Made by a program: the position numbers and the translations under genes. DNA of 20,382 bases from assembly GCA_964447495.1 (NCBI GenBank), contig CAYUTF010000059.1:1-20382 (forward strand), read 5' to 3'. The DNA is from an uncultured archaeon. GTDB taxonomy: Archaea > Asgardarchaeota > Lokiarchaeia > Sigyniarchaeales > SOKP01. The notes under the pieces were generated by a model. That model made no database searches. It saw nothing but the letters and a program-made list of their open reading frames with translations, and was not told the origin of the DNA. Positions 15,529-20,382 of this stretch are shown piece by piece. How positions within the stretch are numbered: the first letter of the stretch is position 1; each line of letters begins with the position of its first letter.

Positions 15529-16590
15529 TTAATTAACAAGAGTATCATTACAGATATTTTTCAGTTTATTGATGATTGTTTTATAAATTTCGATGGATTC
15601 AGAAATATTATGTTCAAATAATTTGGCATTTGCTGCTTGACTCATTTTTAGGATTGAAGATTTTAGTGTTTTCTTCTTTTTTTGATATTCCTTCTCAATT
15701 GATTGCCAATAATCTTCGGTCTCAGTTTCAGAAATGCTTTCGACTAAATTATTAATTTGTTTTAGAATAGTTGATGCCAAGATTAGATGTTCATTAGTCA
15801 TTAACCTTTCATATCTTTTGTAGAGTTGTTCTAATTCATTTTTTATTCTATTTGTTTCGATATTAATAGTTTCTACTAAGTTCTGATCCATCAAAAGAAT
15901 ATGTTTAGCTAAAGGAATAGTCATTAAATTGTACTCTTTTTCAAATTTCAATTTAAATACATTGACAATGCCATGAGCTCCTCGAAAGTCCTCAACATTA
16001 ATGCGTTCTTCAAACTCTTTGATAACTACTTTGCATTCTTCTTCGATTTCCTTTAATTTCTTTTTAAAATTTAGCTTAATCTGAGCTTGATTTATGAAAT
16101 TTTTTTGGTCATTTTCTACAGACTCATCTTCGATCTTTTTCGCTAACTCTATAATTTTATTCGCTTGAAATATTGCTTTTTCGAACTCTTCTGAGATAAA
16201 TAATTTATCCGCATCATTCTTTAAGCGATTAATTTCTGACATAATGGGTAATAGTCTAGTTTCGATATTTTGAAGATGGCTTCGTAATTCTTCCCTTGTG
16301 AAGCCCATTAAATCAAAGAACTCAGGAGGTTCAAAACCCGCCTCGATGGTAATATTACGCAATAACACCAATTCAGGATGTTCTCTGGAGAAAATCTGAC
16401 GTATTTGAGGAATGTGATTTTTTAAACTCTGAACTGATTTTTTAGCAATCCAAACATACATTCTTTTTTGATTAGAGACGAATACTGCTATTATATCAAA
16501 AAGGTTGAAGTAATCAAGTTCATTCTCAGATGATAGCTCAATAAAATTTCCCGAGTATGTTAACTTGAAGACTTTAATATTCGAACTCAT
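15529..16590 (-). CDS. Gelsolin-like domain fused to a helical-repeat/coiled-coil region
   Basis: The first ~96 aa (KVFKL...FNLFDIIAV...MYVWIAKKS...ITIEAGFEPPEFFDLMG) follow the gelsolin-repeat pattern (D-hhh, YhWxG, EGxEPxxF). The rest is helical. Confidence 0.7.
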   Translation of the reverse strand: MSSNIKVFKLTYSGNFIELSSENELDYFNLFDIIAVFVSNQKRMYVWIAKKSVQSLKNHIPQIRQIFSREHPELVLLRNITIEAGFEPPEFFDLMGFTREELRSHLQNIETRLLPIMSEINRLKNDADKLFISEEFEKAIFQANKIIELAKKIEDESVENDQKNFINQAQIKLNFKKKLKEIEEECKVVIKEFEERINVEDFRGAHGIVNVFKLKFEKEYNLMTIPLAKHILLMDQNLVETINIETNRIKNELEQLYKRYERLMTNEHLILASTILKQINNLVESISETETEDYWQSIEKEYQKKKKTLKSSILKMSQAANAKLFEHNISESIEIYKTIINKLKNICNDTLVN

Positions 16591-16655
16591 CTATACAATC
16601 ATTAAGATTCAATTATATTTCAATATTCTTTAATGAATATTTCATATCTAAATTC

Positions 16656-16690
16656 AAATAAAAAGTAAAAAAGAAATAAAATAAAGTTCT
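16656..16690 (-). terminator. T-rich putative terminator after the large surface protein
   Basis: The minus strand has several T runs directly after tandem TAA codons. Confidence 0.45.
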
Positions 16691-16696
16691 TTATTA

Positions 16697-19600
16697 TTAT
16701 TCGTTTACTTCAGGCGTTTCATCTGAAATTTCTTGAGGTATTTTTTTAATAAATTTATCGGGTTCAGTAGATGGGGCTGCAGAACGTCCTTTTAACATCT
16801 TTGCACTCTTCTCTAACTCTTCTTTATACGCGTCATTAATTGTTTTTTCTCGACTGTCAATCTCCGTTCTAGGCGCTTTCCCTTTGTTTAAAGTTTTTGC
16901 ATACTTTCTAACTGTTCTTACTTTCTTAGGGAATCTGAAAATCTTGCGATAAAGATATATATAAATCCCTACTGAGGATGTAATAGCAATTGCTAGTATG
17001 AGTAAAATCAGAAACAAGGTGACCTCTGCTTCAGGAATGATAGCAGAAATAGTGATACTTAAAGCCTCAAAATCATATTGGTCCCCTGCAAATGCAGTAA
17101 TATAGACTTTAAAGGATCCTAATGGGATATTTTCTAATGTAATTTCATAAATACCATCTCCATTTGAATCAATTAAATCTCCTGTTCCAAATGCCCATGA
17201 ATACTTAACATCTGCACCTAAAATTAGTTTTTCCAAATCAGTATTATTCAAAATTACCTCCAATTTGAGATTTTCACCAGGTCTCACAATAAATCTATCT
17301 TCTCCTGTTATAGTGGTGATTTCTGTTCGAAATCTCCTAACTACAATTCTTAAATCTTCTGTTTGATATTCATAATCGAATTTTTCAGCAGAAACAGTAA
17401 TAATTTTTACACCTAATTTTAAATCTGAAGAATTAACTAAGATACTGTATTGTTCTAAAGCTAAACTCTTATTTAAAGTATCTGAATAATCCCCAGATAA
17501 GGATAACACCGCATTATCTATGAAAAACCCTCGCATATCTTGGTATTTTATAGTAATATTTAAAAACGTACCAATTGGAACGTCAATAGAAGGATCACTT
17601 GTTTTGTCTATATTATTTAAATAGATACGTAGCTGGGTTAATCGTTCAGTTATTTGAAGAATTGCTCGGATAGATTGGGGATTATAGAAAGTAATATTAG
17701 CTATAACCGATAAATAATCTATTCCTTGACCTAGTTCAGTTGCATTAATCAATTTACTATAATGTTCTAATAAAGGATTTTCAGGTAAGTCTTCAGTAAA
17801 TCCTCCAATAATTACTTTGACGGAAGCGAAACTCAAGTGATTTAATTGTGCATCCGTATATTTTACAGTTACGTTTATTTGTTGCCATACCTCTACTGAA
17901 ATTAATTCATCATCGTAGATCTCTGTTCCATTAATAAACAGATTTATATTAGATTCTAATTCACTTATAAGGATTCTAATCGGTATTGATTGAGGGATAT
18001 GTTTAATCGCTCCAACATTAATTATCAGGGTATAAAGTTTTCCTGGATCATAACCAGGTCCAGAAGCGTTACATATTAAATTATATCTTCCTTGAGATAT
18101 TCGATTGAAATGAAAATCTCCCGCCCAGTCAATAGAGAGCGATGTGGCATCTATTCCTCCACCAGTATAAAATTCTGTATAATTAAATTGAACAGTAAAA
18201 TTAGATTTGTATGCAATATCTGTGAGAAAATCGTTATCAACTGTGAGAATTGTTTGCTTAATTATATCAATAGTGATATTCACTTGAGTGTTATCATAAT
18301 TCGTTGAATTTGCGTAAATATTTATTGTATTATTTCCTGCTAAACCTCCTATTGTACTAAATTCTAATATGTAAAATCCAGGATTAGCTTCATTGAAATA
18401 TTGAATGATGCTAGGATGTGTGAAATTATAAGTGTATACGATAGCGTTTTCAATAGCATCAAAATTCTCTAGATCATTAAACGAGATTTTAAGATTAATC
18501 ATTGTTCCTTCTAGATAATTATTAAAAAATTTCTGCTCGGGAGTCAATTTTGAATAGTGTATGACTCGAAATGTCTTATATATAATTCCGGTTTCATTCA
18601 TACCATAAGATGAATGTGTATTATTCCAGGTTACAATAGCTTCATATTCTCCCACCTCATAATTAGGAGTAGTGGAAGGAATCCTGATAGCGTTAAAGCG
18701 AACATAACCATTTGCATCTATCGATGCATATTGACCTTCTTGTGCCCATAAAGAACCGTTTGGAAATCTTATTTGAATTTGAGCTAAAGTATTGTGAATA
18801 TAAGAAGAGATTAAGAGTGAATTTGTAATTTTAGCAGTAATATTAAGATACTCTCCCGCTTTAAATTCATCATTTTGTTGCCAAATTCCCGTTGAATTAC
18901 CATATATTGATAAATCTTCACAATAATTAGGTGAGATGGCTTCAAATCTCCAGAATCCATCTGGAATAGAAGTTATTGTATTTATAGGTATAGTTAAGAT
19001 ACCGGGTATAGAATCATCACATAAATTAAGAATATTAGTAGAAGGCTCTTCGGGCGTAAATACTGATGTAATTATCATATCATTGGGAAATTCTATTTTC
19101 ATTTGTGATTCTGAATAACCTGTAGGAACTGCAATATAACCGTAAAATTCCCAATTTACGTTGCTATCATTATTTACTTGAAAAAGAGTGCCTAAAGATG
19201 CAGTATTAGTTTCATAGTTGGTTTCAGGTATATCTTTTGAAGCAAATAGGTTTAAATCGGTTTTAAGATTAACTGAGTATGAACCTAAAAGTCCGACATC
19301 ATTACTGCTGAAGTTTGCAGTAATTGGAGTAGTTTGCCAATTACCTAAAAGATTTACGCTACCTTTTCCCCAATCAAAGTCTTGTACTACTGTCTGATTT
19401 ACTCTTAAATCAAGATTAGAAGGCAAGGCCTCAGTTTTAGTTTCTAACTCAAGATTATCGAAATATAATCTCTGATAATCATCATATTGGAATCCAGAAT
19501 AATTTCCTCCCCCAATACATTCTAAATTAGCCCTTATTTCGATTAATTGATTATTGATTGGTCCACTTGGAAATATATTAGTATCATTAATCCATACATC

Positions 19601-20382
19601 TTGAGGGATGGAAAAACTATGCCACGTATTTACTCCAAATTGTAATAAAGTGTAGGTCCCGATGGAGTACACTTGTATATCATTAATATATATTGCAAAA
19701 GCCCACGAATTAAACTGTGCCAAATGATTAGGATATAAATCAAAATTCAATGTACTGTCAATAACTTCTCCTCTTGGAATTGAAACTGAAGTATTCCACC
19801 ATAATTGATCGTCGGGATCGTATGTATGAAATGTCGTACCATCTACATCAGTATCATAACTATCCATTCGCAACTCTAAACAATCATGACCTCCAATGTT
19901 ACTTCGATAATTACCACTCATAAGATTTGCTCCTAAGCCTGTATCATTAAATCCAAATGTCCAGTTTTGGTAACTATTACTTATCCATGTTGTATCATCA
20001 TCTCCAGCTGAATAATTACCATCATCACTCCCATAGGCAAAGGTTCCATTATTCCAATTTCGTTCATCAGTTAAATCCTCTACATATACATTTAATCTAT
20101 ATGCATCCCATCCGCCTCCCAATGGAATATTAGCTGTATCCCAACTATTTTCGTTAAAATTCACAAGAAGATCAGTATCTGTTCTATTTGCCCAGTGAGT
20201 AATATTTAGGGATGCTCCGATTCCGCTATGGGTATTATCAATAGAAATATCTTGATTTTTAGGATCACCATTTTCTCTTATATTGGTTTCATTAGTTATA
20301 ATAACATTGTTATTCAGAACGTAGCTAAAAAGAATTAAATTAAAAGTTAATACTATAAGCACGGAAAGTTTTATCTGTTTCT
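16697..20382 (-). CDS. Large type-I membrane-anchored surface glycoprotein with tandem Ig-like repeats (5' partial, more than 1221 aa)
   Basis: The frame is open to the window edge (KQIKLSVLIVLTF...), so the true start is outside. It has an N-terminal hydrophobic segment, many sequons, ~100-aa beta-rich repeats, a C-terminal TM helix (VTLFLILLILAIAITSSVGIYIYLY) and a charged cytoplasmic tail (RKIFRFPKKVRTVRKY...). Confidence 0.85.
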   Translation of the reverse strand, partial: KQIKLSVLIVLTFNLILFSYVLNNNVIITNETNIRENGDPKNQDISIDNTHSGIGASLNITHWANRTDTDLLVNFNENSWDTANIPLGGGWDAYRLNVYVEDLTDERNWNNGTFAYGSDDGNYSAGDDDTTWISNSYQNWTFGFNDTGLGANLMSGNYRSNIGGHDCLELRMDSYDTDVDGTTFHTYDPDDQLWWNTSVSIPRGEVIDSTLNFDLYPNHLAQFNSWAFAIYINDIQVYSIGTYTLLQFGVNTWHSFSIPQDVWINDTNIFPSGPINNQLIEIRANLECIGGGNYSGFQYDDYQRLYFDNLELETKTEALPSNLDLRVNQTVVQDFDWGKGSVNLLGNWQTTPITANFSSNDVGLLGSYSVNLKTDLNLFASKDIPETNYETNTASLGTLFQVNNDSNVNWEFYGYIAVPTGYSESQMKIEFPNDMIITSVFTPEEPSTNILNLCDDSIPGILTIPINTITSIPDGFWRFEAISPNYCEDLSIYGNSTGIWQQNDEFKAGEYLNITAKITNSLLISSYIHNTLAQIQIRFPNGSLWAQEGQYASIDANGYVRFNAIRIPSTTPNYEVGEYEAIVTWNNTHSSYGMNETGIIYKTFRVIHYSKLTPEQKFFNNYLEGTMINLKISFNDLENFDAIENAIVYTYNFTHPSIIQYFNEANPGFYILEFSTIGGLAGNNTINIYANSTNYDNTQVNITIDIIKQTILTVDNDFLTDIAYKSNFTVQFNYTEFYTGGGIDATSLSIDWAGDFHFNRISQGRYNLICNASGPGYDPGKLYTLIINVGAIKHIPQSIPIRILISELESNINLFINGTEIYDDELISVEVWQQINVTVKYTDAQLNHLSFASVKVIIGGFTEDLPENPLLEHYSKLINATELGQGIDYLSVIANITFYNPQSIRAILQITERLTQLRIYLNNIDKTSDPSIDVPIGTFLNITIKYQDMRGFFIDNAVLSLSGDYSDTLNKSLALEQYSILVNSSDLKLGVKIITVSAEKFDYEYQTEDLRIVVRRFRTEITTITGEDRFIVRPGENLKLEVILNNTDLEKLILGADVKYSWAFGTGDLIDSNGDGIYEITLENIPLGSFKVYITAFAGDQYDFEALSITISAIIPEAEVTLFLILLILAIAITSSVGIYIYLYRKIFRFPKKVRTVRKYAKTLNKGKAPRTEIDSREKTINDAYKEELEKSAKMLKGRSAAPSTEPDKFIKKIPQEISDETPEVNE
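17030..18560 (-). repeat. About five protein-level ~100-aa Ig-like repeats within the surface protein (approximate bounds)
   Basis: Clearest pair: SNINLFING...INVTVKYTD...LEHYSKLINATELGQGIDYLSVIA versus TQLRIYLNN...LNITIKYQD...LEQYSILVNSSDLKLGVKIITVSA. The flanking units share the I-x-x-A, G-x-Y and G-x-x-x-I-x-I-x-A pattern. The repeats are diverged at DNA level. Confidence 0.65.

Noticed and set aside
13994-19118. Short plus-strand ORFs at 13994, 14474, 15194, 18092 and 18936
   Set aside because: All are antisense to long, well-supported minus-strand genes.
1-20382. Full genome-wide TGA=Trp (code 4) reassignment
   Set aside because: Internal Trp codons in all genes other than the CPBP gene are TGG, including the Trp-rich large surface protein. 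An AT-rich code-4 genome would use TGA heavily. Only partial or gene-specific explanations are kept.
1-20382. CRISPR array, tRNA/rRNA, IS element or provirus
   Set aside because: No regularly spaced direct repeats, structured-RNA signatures, or transposase, integrase or capsid motifs were seen by eye.

Overview
AT-rich, gene-dense archaeal chromosomal segment, most likely from a Lokiarchaeia/Promethearchaeia-type Asgard archaeon. This rests on a Loki-CTERM-like tail, a gelsolin-like domain, two longin-like proteins, a V4R-like protein and the archaeal aroA'-type aldolase. About 22 genes are supported: a partial ERCC4/XPF-like nuclease, a CPBP intramembrane protease, a small membrane protein, a membrane hydrolase, AroA', a Loki-CTERM surface protein, NadB, two LMW phosphatases flanking a scrambled longin/OsmC/Zn-ribbon segment, a divergent macrodomain, V4R, an M50-CBS protease, 3-hydroxyacyl-CoA dehydrogenase, enoyl-CoA hydratase, a GNAT, a longin, a helical-repeat protein, a gelsolin-helical fusion and a large Ig-repeat surface protein. 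I saw no rRNA, tRNA, CRISPR array or transposase. The most unusual signals concern translation and are missed by the ORF track. First, the CPBP gene is a 270-codon frame with two in-frame TGA codons at positions where Trp fits, and the only gene ending in TGA also has it where its family often has Trp; this could be TGA read-through or recoding, transfer from a code-4 donor, or pseudogenisation. Second, nadB and the hydrolase gene cannot be completed from ATG/GTG/TTG and appear to start at ATT. Also notable are a gelsolin-helical/helical-paralog/longin cluster behind the surface protein, a DnaJ-type zinc finger inserted in the enoyl-CoA hydratase, and a phosphatase-macrodomain-V4R cluster. All family calls come from motif recognition by eye, not from database searches.
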